From a virus: a stretch of 64,000 nt of DNA. The notes beneath the pieces are model-generated. The model was given only the letters and a program-made list of their open reading frames with translations, was not told where the DNA came from and did no database searches. Where the stretch lies: the IMG/VR virus record IMGVR_UViG_3300023049_000574, positions 32,001-96,000 of that record. One strand, written 5' to 3'. The position numbers were made by a program, and so were the translations under genes. Below are positions 29,232-38,848 of this stretch, piece by piece (positions within the stretch are counted from its first letter, which is position 1; the number at the start of each line of letters is the position of its first letter).

Positions 29232-29777
29232 TTATTTCTTATGTGGGCTTAACACCATAGTCATAGCTCTTCCTTTCATAGAAGGTAATCCATCAGGTTT
29301 CCCGTGGTCTTCTAATTCTAGTGCAGTTTTAAGTAAAACTGCTTCACCAACTTTCTTGTTGTTTACTATCATTCTGCCCTTAAAGCGCATATCTAATTTT
29401 ACTTTATGTCCATCTTCTAAGAATCCGATCATTTTATTTTTCTTAACTTCTAGATCGTGTTCAGAAATATTAGGAGATAGTCTAATCTCTTTTAAAGGTT
29501 TATTATTTTCCTTTTGTTTCTTTACTTCTTCTTCTTTCTTCTTCTTCTCTATATAAAGAAATTTATTATAATCACACATTCTAACTACGGGAAGGTCTGC
29601 TTTCCCTGTAACTAACATTAGATCCAATCCTTCTGATTTGGAAATCTGTCTTGCTTTTTCGAGATCCATAATTTCTGCCTCTCTGTCGTCAGAAATTAAT
29701 CTAATTTTATCACCCTTAATTCTATCGTTTAGAATGTGGTTAGGTTTATCACTTGTGTAGTGTCTTTTGTTTTTCAT
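29232..29777 (-). CDS. infC: Translation initiation factor IF-3
   Basis: LNDRI..IRLI, GLDLMLV, PVVRMCDYNKFLY, KEIRLSPNISEHDL, FLEDGHKVK...RFKGR. Confidence 0.92.
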   Translation of the reverse strand: MKNKRHYTSDKPNHILNDRIKGDKIRLISDDREAEIMDLEKARQISKSEGLDLMLVTGKADLPVVRMCDYNKFLYIEKKKKEEEVKKQKENNKPLKEIRLSPNISEHDLEVKKNKMIGFLEDGHKVKLDMRFKGRMIVNNKKVGEAVLLKTALELEDHGKPDGLPSMKGRAMTMVLSPHKK

Positions 29778-29855
29778 GTACTTATAGTTTTTTTGATCAT
29801 TTGCTTTATATATTAACGAACAAATAAATCTTTACTATTTAATATATACAAATAT

Positions 29856-31427
29856 ATGAAGAAAGTTTACTCTAAAAAAATATTTGAAGCTAAAAATTAT
29901 AGTAAGTTATACCACATATTGGATTTCAAGAAATTGAAATATGTATTTGAAAATAACCATTTTAAGCCATATAGAGCAGCTAACGGTGCATATATCAGTT
30001 TCACGAGGAACAAGATGATGAATAGTTATCTAGGTGATAATACTACTTCTTTTTTTAAGCTAGAATTAGATGGGGAGAAACTTTCTAATAATCACAAGAT
30101 AAAACCATTCTCTTATATATCAGCTACAAACGTTAGATTTCAAGAATGGGAAGAAATAGTTAAAACTAATAAAGGGGGATTAATTACTAATATAGATAAG
30201 TATGTAACAAAGCTTATTATTATTAAAAGTAAAATAGAAAGCCTTATGGAAGTCCATTCTTGGTCAAGGAGCGATACGCCAAGCGATTACTTCACAACAG
30301 CAGGAACACGTAATGGCACAATGCCTGAGATATTTAAATACGTAGTGGAAAATTCTCCATTTGATATCTATGTTCAAGAAGGATCAGTAATTAAAAAGGA
30401 TGATGAATATATTAAAAGTATTATCAATTATGATTTACATAAAGTAGAATTTAAATATGATATTTGGTATAGAGGCAACATTAAACAAAAAAGAACTACA
30501 TTTGGGTCAACAGATGCTTTAGTAGATAGCGAAGGGAATGTTTATCCGAATTGGGTAGTTGGACATACGTATAATAATATTGAACTTAAGGACAAGGATG
30601 AATTAGATATTAACCAAGAGCCTAAAGAATTCAAAGGTGGTAATTTCATCGAAGGAGAAAAGTATAAACCATACATCTTAAAGTTTAGAAAAACCCCCAA
30701 AGGATATTATATGGAAGATGCTAGACCATTAGATTGGTTAAAACCTGATCAATTTTTCGAATCATTAAATGAAAGCTATGTAGTAAATCCTGAATTAGTA
30801 AAACACCATATTAGACAAATGATTAAAAGTATACAGAAGAAGTCTAAAAATAAGATAACAAATAGCCAACTTAGAAAAGGTATAGCTACAAGGCATATAG
30901 AAGTTAAATTTAATGATATAATAGATTATCAAGTATTTGAAAAAGTATTAAAGTCTTACCAAAAGAAATTACTTGATTATAATATAGTAATAGGATATGA
31001 TATGAAAGATGGATATGATACTAAGTTAGGAAATGATCTAGGTGATATCAAATCTATACCCAATGGTAAGAAAGATTTCTATATCCACATTAAGGATCTA
31101 CATACCATGAGAGTTAAACCACCTAAATACGTTTATCATTTCAGTGATAAAAAGAATAGAGAAAGTATATTGAAAGATGGACTAAAACCAATGGCACATA
31201 AAGATAGTGAAAGATGGAAAGAAATAAGTCTTACATATCCACCTGCTGTATTTGCAACACTTGATAGAGATATTATGTGGCATCACGATGAATGGAAAAT
31301 TGACACAGAAGGATTAGATAATAAGTGGTGGAAAGATATTAACTTCTTTATTCCAAAATCTGAAACTAGTGCTATAATGACTTTTGATAATATTCCGAGT
31401 GAGTGCTTAACTCTTGTTAATCCTTAA
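29856..31427 (+). CDS. Multidomain CTS-like protein with two putative ART-fold domains
   Basis: LYHILD..YISFTRN..QEWEE; internal FFESLNES; YVYHFS..NRESILKDGLKP..AVF. Confidence 0.6.
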   Translation: MKKVYSKKIFEAKNYSKLYHILDFKKLKYVFENNHFKPYRAANGAYISFTRNKMMNSYLGDNTTSFFKLELDGEKLSNNHKIKPFSYISATNVRFQEWEEIVKTNKGGLITNIDKYVTKLIIIKSKIESLMEVHSWSRSDTPSDYFTTAGTRNGTMPEIFKYVVENSPFDIYVQEGSVIKKDDEYIKSIINYDLHKVEFKYDIWYRGNIKQKRTTFGSTDALVDSEGNVYPNWVVGHTYNNIELKDKDELDINQEPKEFKGGNFIEGEKYKPYILKFRKTPKGYYMEDARPLDWLKPDQFFESLNESYVVNPELVKHHIRQMIKSIQKKSKNKITNSQLRKGIATRHIEVKFNDIIDYQVFEKVLKSYQKKLLDYNIVIGYDMKDGYDTKLGNDLGDIKSIPNGKKDFYIHIKDLHTMRVKPPKYVYHFSDKKNRESILKDGLKPMAHKDSERWKEISLTYPPAVFATLDRDIMWHHDEWKIDTEGLDNKWWKDINFFIPKSETSAIMTFDNIPSECLTLVNP

Positions 31428-32527
31428 CCAATTCTTTGTATATTAAGTGATGTTTTTCTAGCATCAGCACCATTTACTATTGTCCATACAGTACCTGTTG
31501 TACCCGAAGGTGTGGTTTTATCAGTAAACCATAAAGCGGGAAGGGCAGCTAAAGCAGGGAAATCATTATCAGGTGTAATAACTCTTTTAATAATTGTTGC
31601 ATTTGTAATATCTACTGTGTCTAACACAAGATTATTTCCTACTATTGCGTATATTTCCCAAACTGTTTCAGAAACAATTGATCTTATTCTACCGAAAATA
31701 TACCCAAACCCAACACCACTTGGCATACCACCATATACAGTCTCTTCCATAGTATCGAAGTTAAAGGTTCTGAATGTTAGAGCGTTATTACCCACTCTTC
31801 TTTGTATGAAATATAATTTCTTAGTCCTAACATCAAAATAAGTATTGAAGCCTCGTGTTGATAATGGTAATGTTTCAGCATCTGTTCTCTGTTCAACTAC
31901 TCCCGAATTCTTATTTATAACTAACCACTCCCCTGTGCCATTATTCAATGAATAATTACAATAAATATAATGTCCATATATTTTATTGATTGTAAACACA
32001 CCCCCACTTCCTGTAACCGTGAATGGACTAATAATAGTTTCTTGGAAGTCTTGAAGATTTGTCGGAAGCGTCATCTCGACTATGCCTGAGTCGCCCATGA
32101 AATAATATTTGTTATTGCTTTGTAAATAATATGGCTGCTGTAAACTAAGAGGGTTTACATAAGCAGATGTGATGAAATCTAAAAAAGAGAAATCTTGTGA
32201 ATGGTATCTAGCCAAGATTATACTACCACCTGTTCCTGATAAGTTAACTGATGCTAAATATAAATAGTTGTTTGTTCTATCGAATTCTTGTGTTTGTACA
32301 TAACTAAAGTCAACACCTAACCCTGTTACTTTAAAGAAAACTTTTAAAAAGAAATCTAGTAGTATATTACCACCCGCACCTGCTGCGGGACTAAATACTT
32401 CTTCGTTTATTATATCATTTGATCTTATCCAAGCATATCTTCTTACTATTTCTTGTGATATTGATTTATTTGCTGCTCTAACTTGATTTACTATTCTATT
32501 ATATAGTTGACGGAAATACCCAAACAT
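31424..32527 (-). CDS. Hypothetical beta-rich protein, possibly virion-associated
   Basis: G/T/N-rich, Lys-poor composition; upstream TAATATATA. Confidence 0.55.
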   Translation of the reverse strand: MFGYFRQLYNRIVNQVRAANKSISQEIVRRYAWIRSNDIINEEVFSPAAGAGGNILLDFFLKVFFKVTGLGVDFSYVQTQEFDRTNNYLYLASVNLSGTGGSIILARYHSQDFSFLDFITSAYVNPLSLQQPYYLQSNNKYYFMGDSGIVEMTLPTNLQDFQETIISPFTVTGSGGVFTINKIYGHYIYCNYSLNNGTGEWLVINKNSGVVEQRTDAETLPLSTRGFNTYFDVRTKKLYFIQRRVGNNALTFRTFNFDTMEETVYGGMPSGVGFGYIFGRIRSIVSETVWEIYAIVGNNLVLDTVDITNATIIKRVITPDNDFPALAALPALWFTDKTTPSGTTGTVWTIVNGADARKTSLNIQRIG

Positions 32528-32554
32528 ACTTTAATGCTTTATTTAGTTTATATA

Positions 32555-33226
32555 TTAATTATAAACAGCCCTTTCGACATCTATGGATGCTGAAATATCA
32601 GCTTCACAGTACTTCTTAATTCGCTCTAAATCATTTTCCCAAAACACTCTATGTACGTCCTTTCCCGACATATCAAATTTAGGTGTATCGATTCCTAGCT
32701 CATAACAAACTTCTTCGAAGCTATATGTTGAATATGCTCTTTGTTTCCAATCTTCATAAATATCTACGATCATGGTTTCCCACGGTTTCTTATTGTATAT
32801 ATCCAATATAGGAGCAGGTTGTATCCCGTATTTATGCATCTTATGTAATACCCAAGGAATATCAAAGTGTTTAATGTTATATCCCGATAGATGGAAACCA
32901 TTACGTGAGATCTTTTCTAAGCTTTTATTAAATCCTTCTATGATCTTTTTTTCTTCATCGCCATATATGGATTTTATTTCCTTTTCACCACCAGCAGTTT
33001 GGAATCCCATAGATATACAACATATACTCCCATATGTTGATACAATAGAACAACGGCTTAAGTACGCTTCTTCTATTGTTTCATCTTCTTTGTGCCAATA
33101 CGTATCATATTTGTTTCTAAATATTTTAGCTCCTTGTGGATCGTTAGATTCAAAGGTTTCGAAGTCTTTATATTGACCCCTTGTTTCGATATCAAAATGC
33201 ATTAATTTCATGCTATGTATATACAA
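32555..33226 (-). CDS. DEDD 3'-5' exonuclease (PolB-exonuclease-related)
   Basis: FDIET, GYNIKHFDIP, KPWE, YCEAD. Confidence 0.88.
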   Translation of the reverse strand: MYIHSMKLMHFDIETRGQYKDFETFESNDPQGAKIFRNKYDTYWHKEDETIEEAYLSRCSIVSTYGSICCISMGFQTAGGEKEIKSIYGDEEKKIIEGFNKSLEKISRNGFHLSGYNIKHFDIPWVLHKMHKYGIQPAPILDIYNKKPWETMIVDIYEDWKQRAYSTYSFEEVCYELGIDTPKFDMSGKDVHRVFWENDLERIKKYCEADISASIDVERAVYN

Positions 33227-33487
33227 TAATTAATATTTGTTTAAAATTAATTGTTAACAACTTGTGTAAAAACGTGTATATTTGTATAAACCTTAATTTT
33301 TTTATTATGGAAAAAATCATTATTAAAGAGATAAGAGATAATACAGTTCTTCCTGATTGTCAGAAACTTATCAATACACAGGGAAGAAGTATTTGTAATA
33401 TATAATCCAATTATAGAATCGGGAAGTACTTAAAAAAGTTCTAAACTTTTTGATTACAAGTACTATAACAAAAAATATTACACGATA

Positions 33488-34303
33488 ATGAGTGATAATA
33501 AAAAACAGTTCTCAGACCTATTAAAACGGTTTGCAGACGAAGGGTTAATCACTTTCAACAAAGACATCAGTTCTTTGGAGGAAATGATAGAAGACCCAAA
33601 TACTAGTGGGGAGTCGGACGGGGTATATGATGATGATTTAGTCATTTCTATTGATATAGAACATGAGCAATTCATGAACATCTTTTTAAAAGATGAACAT
33701 ATATTCGATGAGTTATTTAACTGTAACACTGTATATGGGTTACAAAAAAATATTAACAAAATTTCAACTAAGTACAAGAAGATCGGCTACAACGATGATA
33801 ATGGTAGTAGCGGAAAGAACAAATTCGCAGGTGATTTATTTGAGATATTTGGTGAAATATTTTTTAAATTAACCTCAACCGATTCAAGAGTTGGTGTTAC
33901 TGAGTACCATCCTATTAAGGACAAAGATGACTTTGGTGTAGATGGTATAGGTAAAGCTATGAACGGAAAAAGGTGCGCTATTCAGATAAAGTTCAGGACT
34001 AATGTAGGAACAGAACTCATAGCAGAAGATTTAGGTAACTTCCAAGGGCAAGCATATAGAAAGTATAATGTTCCCGTAGATACTACTGAGAATTTAATAA
34101 TACTAACTAATTGTAAAGGATTACATTGGAATACAGCAACAAACGTTCTTGATGGGACAGTTATATGTTTCGATTATAATAATCCGAAGTCAACACATTC
34201 TTTAAATGACTTACTCAACCAAAATGATTCGTTTTGGAAATCAGCAAATAGTGTTATACGATATAACATAGATAATATAATGAATACATATGGGATTAGA
34301 TAA
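33488..34303 (+). CDS. Mrr-like PD-(D/E)xK restriction endonuclease
   Basis: GDLFEIF, DDFGVDGIG, AIQIKF. Confidence 0.7.
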   Translation: MSDNKKQFSDLLKRFADEGLITFNKDISSLEEMIEDPNTSGESDGVYDDDLVISIDIEHEQFMNIFLKDEHIFDELFNCNTVYGLQKNINKISTKYKKIGYNDDNGSSGKNKFAGDLFEIFGEIFFKLTSTDSRVGVTEYHPIKDKDDFGVDGIGKAMNGKRCAIQIKFRTNVGTELIAEDLGNFQGQAYRKYNVPVDTTENLIILTNCKGLHWNTATNVLDGTVICFDYNNPKSTHSLNDLLNQNDSFWKSANSVIRYNIDNIMNTYGIR

Positions 34304-35900
34304 TCTGATCAAAACAATGAATAGTGATCAGGTTCGTGTGTTTAACGAAATTGATCGAAACAAAAGACTTCAAATCTGTATGCCTACGGGTTGGGGGAAG
34401 GGGTATATCATGATGTTATCTTTATTACATAAGTTCCTTAATAAAGATGAAGATATAGCTGCTATTGCCTCACATAGATTAACTCTTAACCACCAACACA
34501 TTGGTGATATGATATCTACCTACGCTGATGATATTGACAAACTTGGTTTCATATTTGTAGGATCGGATGGTTTTGATTTCTCTTCTATTTTATCTAATCA
34601 AGACGACAATTATATATCTAACCCTGAGACAAAAAAGAAAATATTTCAAATACTTTATAAAAATAAAATAAGTTTTAAAGATATTGCTGTTAATACTCTG
34701 TCTAACAAAGATGTATTAAATGCTGTGGCTAGATATAGATCAATGGGTAAAAAGATAATTATCGTAAGTACTTATCATAGTTTAGATAAATTATCAGATA
34801 TCAATATAGATAGCCTTTATTGTGATGAAGCACATACCTTAGCATCAGAAGATTCGAGAAGTAACTTCAAAGTTAATTATGATTTAATCACAAAAAAGAA
34901 TTGTTATTTCTTTACAGCTACACCTAAGGATTGTGCGGATGACCTGATGGGTCAGTTTCTAATGGATAATGAGCATATATTTGGTAACCGAATTGAGATG
35001 TCATTAAGAGATGCACACAAAGGAGGATATATCGCTAAACTAATGTTACATACATTAGAACCCGAAAATTATAACCATGAAGACTATGATAATATAACCA
35101 ATAAGATTCTTCTTATAGAGAGTGCGTACAAAGAACATACTAAAATATTAAAAGAAAATTCTTCTTTTCCTGATGACATAGAACCCAAACTTCTTATCAA
35201 GTGTGATTCTGTAGATACGATGTGGATGTTAAATAAAAGATTAGTGAATAGAAACCTTGGAACAGGGGTTAGGATATTTTCAGGCGCATCTAGGAAATTT
35301 AAAGAGAAAGCTACTTACGAAATAGATGGAGAGAAGGTAGATAAAGGAACTCACCTTAGGGTTATGAAAGATCTTAAAGACACAGAAAGAGCTATTGTAT
35401 TACACGTAGATACTTTATCAGAAGGCGTAAATGTAAAAAGCTTCACAGGTGTTTTATTCTTATCAGATAAAGTTCCTACAACAACTAAGATATTACAGAA
35501 TTCGGGTAGAGCAGCTAGGTTAATGAAACAAGATAGAGAGAATTTAAGAAAGGGTAAGATCACCACTGATAGTTACGAAGGTTGGTTGAAACCATGTGCT
35601 TATGTAATATTACCTTGTTATAATCCCGAATCATTTTATAGTCAGAGAACGGTTGCTAATATTATACAAAAATTCCAAACAGGTGATAGTGCAGAATATT
35701 ATATCTCGATAGGGTCTGATACTTGTAAAGTACATAATAACCAAATAGAAGATATGAAAGGAACTTTTATAAGTGACAAAGATTTTAAAACTAAAGTGGA
35801 TAAGATAACACATAGTATAGAGAGAATAAATATAAGTGAAGATGACCTAAGATTAAATAGTCTTAGTAAAATAGAACTACTAAAAGAAAAATTTAACTAA
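34290..35900 (+). CDS. SF2 DExH helicase (ResIII-like)
   Basis: MPTGWGKG, CDEAH, FTATP, LSEGVNV, QNSGRAAR. Confidence 0.9.
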   Translation: MGLDNLIKTMNSDQVRVFNEIDRNKRLQICMPTGWGKGYIMMLSLLHKFLNKDEDIAAIASHRLTLNHQHIGDMISTYADDIDKLGFIFVGSDGFDFSSILSNQDDNYISNPETKKKIFQILYKNKISFKDIAVNTLSNKDVLNAVARYRSMGKKIIIVSTYHSLDKLSDINIDSLYCDEAHTLASEDSRSNFKVNYDLITKKNCYFFTATPKDCADDLMGQFLMDNEHIFGNRIEMSLRDAHKGGYIAKLMLHTLEPENYNHEDYDNITNKILLIESAYKEHTKILKENSSFPDDIEPKLLIKCDSVDTMWMLNKRLVNRNLGTGVRIFSGASRKFKEKATYEIDGEKVDKGTHLRVMKDLKDTERAIVLHVDTLSEGVNVKSFTGVLFLSDKVPTTTKILQNSGRAARLMKQDRENLRKGKITTDSYEGWLKPCAYVILPCYNPESFYSQRTVANIIQKFQTGDSAEYYISIGSDTCKVHNNQIEDMKGTFISDKDFKTKVDKITHSIERINISEDDLRLNSLSKIELLKEKFN

Positions 35901-37558
35901 TGGAAGATTTAATAAATAAAAATTTAGATTTCACAAAAGATAACCTCGGTGTAGATAATTCGAATAGTTTCACTTATTCTGATCAGGCTTATGATACTTT
36001 TAATAAGAGTGGCTATAGTAATATCTTCCAAAGGTCGATAGATAGTGTGATTTTAAATAAGTATGGTAAGCTAGAAGAGAAGGAATATATTAATGCTATG
36101 AAAACTGAACAAAAGAGAATGTCAATTCTATCTCTTTTGAATAAAGATAACGCACTATGGTCTAAGATATTTGATTCTGCTTATAACACACAATTGAATT
36201 TTAGTGAAATAGAATTATTAGTTCCTTATTTAAGACAATATACTAATGGCTTAGTAGACACAAAAAGATTTGGTGATATTAAAACACCTGTCTTTATCGT
36301 AGAACATATGTTAGATAAACTTCCTAAAGAGGTATGGTCTGATCCACATTTGAAGTGGTTAGATCCTGTTGTTGGTATGGGTATTTTCCCAATTTATGTA
36401 ATAGATCGATTGATGAAAGGACTTCGTTATTATAATGACGGTAAATTAGATCTAAGTGATAGTAAAATGAGGTATAAGCATATTGTTGAGAATATGATTT
36501 ATACTGCTGATATACAAGCAATTAAACTATTCGAATATAACACATTAGTTGACCCGAAAAATCTATATAATATGAATCAATATTGGGGTTCTTTTACGGC
36601 TTCTGATTTTGATAATTATATGGAAAGGGTATGGTGTGTAGATAGCTTTGATATAATCCTTGGTAATCCACCATATCAAGAAGAAAACCCAATCAATAAG
36701 AGAAGTAAAACAATTTACAATGATTTCTTCACTAAGGCTATGAGTATATCTGATAAGACAATATTTCTAACACCTAGTAGATGGATGACAGGTGGATTTA
36801 AATTAGACACTTTTAGAGAAACTATGATCAAGTCTAATATAAGAGAGATCATTCATTACGAAGATGCTAGAGATATATTCGGATATAATGTTAAGATACG
36901 TGGTGGGGTATCATTTACGTATGTAGATAAAGATTATAACGATTTACCTAAGTTCAATGGTATGGAAATTGATTTAGATCAATTTGATATCATAGTAGAT
37001 CCTAGGTATACAGACCTTTTAAATAAAGTGATTGAAATCACAGATAGTTCTCTTTCTAGTAGGGTGAAGAGTCAAAACTATTTCGGTTTCCCTGCTAACG
37101 AAAGTCTTTTCAAAGAAGAAGAATCTGAAGATAGTGTTAAAGTATATGTATCTAAGAAAAAGGGAGAAACTATGTGGGTTAATAAGAATCATATTAGGGA
37201 TAGTTATAAATTAGAAGGCTATAAAGTATTCACACCTGCTGCTTCGGGTTCTACAAAAGAGTTAGGCGCATTTGGTAATAAGATAATAGGATACCCAAGC
37301 GAGGTTGCTTCTAAGTCATATGTAGTAATTCCTGTGGATTCAGAACAAGAAGCACAGTCATTAGTATCATATATGAATACTAAATTTTGTAACTTCTTTT
37401 TATCATTGAGGAAGAAGACACAGAATATAAAACCTGATACGTGTAAGTGGATTCCTAATATACCACTTGATCGAATTTGGAACGATGAAGAATTATATAA
37501 CTGTTTCGAACTAACGAAAGAAGAAATCGGATTAATCGAAAATGGGATTATTCTTTAA
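35900..37558 (+). CDS. Eco57I-like N6-adenine methyltransferase with C-terminal TRD
   Basis: FGDIKTP, LDPVVGMGIF, IILGNPPYQ, TPSRW, SYMNTKFCNFFL. Confidence 0.9.
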   Translation: MEDLINKNLDFTKDNLGVDNSNSFTYSDQAYDTFNKSGYSNIFQRSIDSVILNKYGKLEEKEYINAMKTEQKRMSILSLLNKDNALWSKIFDSAYNTQLNFSEIELLVPYLRQYTNGLVDTKRFGDIKTPVFIVEHMLDKLPKEVWSDPHLKWLDPVVGMGIFPIYVIDRLMKGLRYYNDGKLDLSDSKMRYKHIVENMIYTADIQAIKLFEYNTLVDPKNLYNMNQYWGSFTASDFDNYMERVWCVDSFDIILGNPPYQEENPINKRSKTIYNDFFTKAMSISDKTIFLTPSRWMTGGFKLDTFRETMIKSNIREIIHYEDARDIFGYNVKIRGGVSFTYVDKDYNDLPKFNGMEIDLDQFDIIVDPRYTDLLNKVIEITDSSLSSRVKSQNYFGFPANESLFKEEESEDSVKVYVSKKKGETMWVNKNHIRDSYKLEGYKVFTPAASGSTKELGAFGNKIIGYPSEVASKSYVVIPVDSEQEAQSLVSYMNTKFCNFFLSLRKKTQNIKPDTCKWIPNIPLDRIWNDEELYNCFELTKEEIGLIENGIIL

Positions 37559-37568
37559 TATATAACAT

Positions 37569-38063
37569 GTGAAATATATTAAAGTCTTCGAACAACACAC
37601 TAATAATAATCCATACACTGACTATTGTAATGCACAAGATTTAGACTCTGTTAAAGAATTAATACAAAAGGGAGTAGATCCAAGTGTGAATAATAATGTT
37701 GTATTGGTGTGGGCATCCTATTTTGGTTATTCCGATATTGTTGAACTTTTATTAAATGATAGTAGAGTAGATCCAAGTGATAAACATAATGAAGCACTTA
37801 AAGTAGCTATAAGAAAAGGACACATTAATATAGTTAAGCTGCTACTAAACGATAGTAGAATAGATTTAAGTGATTTAGATAAGTATGATGCGGATTTTAA
37901 TACCGAAGTAGATAAATTGTTAAACTCAGCCAAATCTATAAATGATGATATATTAATTCTACTTTTGAGACAACCTTATATAAAAAATAATATATCAGAC
38001 AGAAAGTTACTACATTATATGAAACCATTCTTAGATGATGTTTTTATAAAAATGAACGAATAA
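37569..38063 (+). CDS. Ankyrin-repeat protein with CTS-like N-terminus (MKYIKVFEQ)
   Basis: ASYFGYSDIVELLLNDSRVDPS / AIRKGHINIVKLLLNDSRID repeats; GTG start. Confidence 0.85.
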   Translation: MKYIKVFEQHTNNNPYTDYCNAQDLDSVKELIQKGVDPSVNNNVVLVWASYFGYSDIVELLLNDSRVDPSDKHNEALKVAIRKGHINIVKLLLNDSRIDLSDLDKYDADFNTEVDKLLNSAKSINDDILILLLRQPYIKNNISDRKLLHYMKPFLDDVFIKMNE

Positions 38064-38078
38064 TTTTATATATAGGAT

Positions 38079-38501
38079 ATGAACAATTATATTATTAATA
38101 ACTTTAAAGCCTTTTCAACTGAATATTATGATTCTTTTAAGGAATCTGATTTCCCAAAGACTATTGAATTCAATAAGCCATATAAGATCAAATTCAAGAA
38201 AAGCCATTTGGTTGCAGGATCTAATAAATTCTATTTAGTTTATGTATTAGAGGGTGGTCAACCACAAGATAATAATCCATATTCGGGTGATATTCCTGAA
38301 AAAATAACTATTGATGTTGGGTTTACCTATAAAGAAGAAGGCACTAAGATCTATGTCACAATAATTGGTGGTGTTAGGAATTGGTATGGGTTCTCTTATG
38401 AAGATAAGAAGGTTAAAGACATCGAAGTAACTGAATATAAATTGACTAAAGGTTCAAAGGATAAATTAATCAAATCTTTAAATAAATATTCTAAGAATTA
38501 A
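38079..38501 (+). CDS. Hypothetical protein
   Basis: TATATATA-N4-ATG. Confidence 0.65.
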   Translation: MNNYIINNFKAFSTEYYDSFKESDFPKTIEFNKPYKIKFKKSHLVAGSNKFYLVYVLEGGQPQDNNPYSGDIPEKITIDVGFTYKEEGTKIYVTIIGGVRNWYGFSYEDKKVKDIEVTEYKLTKGSKDKLIKSLNKYSKN

Positions 38502-38518
38502 TCTTACATTTGTAACCT

Positions 38519-38848
38519 ATGGGTTCAATTGTCTTTAAAATGGATTTACTGCTTGCGTATGCTATGGATGGTGATGTAAAACACGTTAAAAACTTATTAG
38601 ATGCTAATAGCAAGCTAATGGAATTAGACATATTCTATTTAGTGGGGACTACTATAAGAAGACATCTAGTGGATAATCGAAAAAGAGAAAATATGATTGA
38701 AATAGTTAATCATATTTTAGATCAACCTTATGTTGATATCAATGTTCTTATTGAGAACAAAGACGATCTTTTAGGAAGAAGATTAGTAGATGAATTAAAA
38801 GAACTCAAAAGAAAAAGACGTAATAATTTAATTGATAAAATCATATAA
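38519..38848 (+). CDS. Hypothetical protein with C-terminal tag (RRNNLIDKII)
   Basis: Host-type promoter at 38505; motif. Confidence 0.7.
   Translation: MGSIVFKMDLLLAYAMDGDVKHVKNLLDANSKLMELDIFYLVGTTIRRHLVDNRKRENMIEIVNHILDQPYVDINVLIENKDDLLGRRLVDELKELKRKRRNNLIDKII

Noticed and set aside
33181-33405. 74-aa ORF upstream of the restriction-like cassette
   Set aside because: It overlaps the exonuclease start and the promoter region. At most a 32-codon ORF from ATG 33307 is plausible, which is too weak to call.
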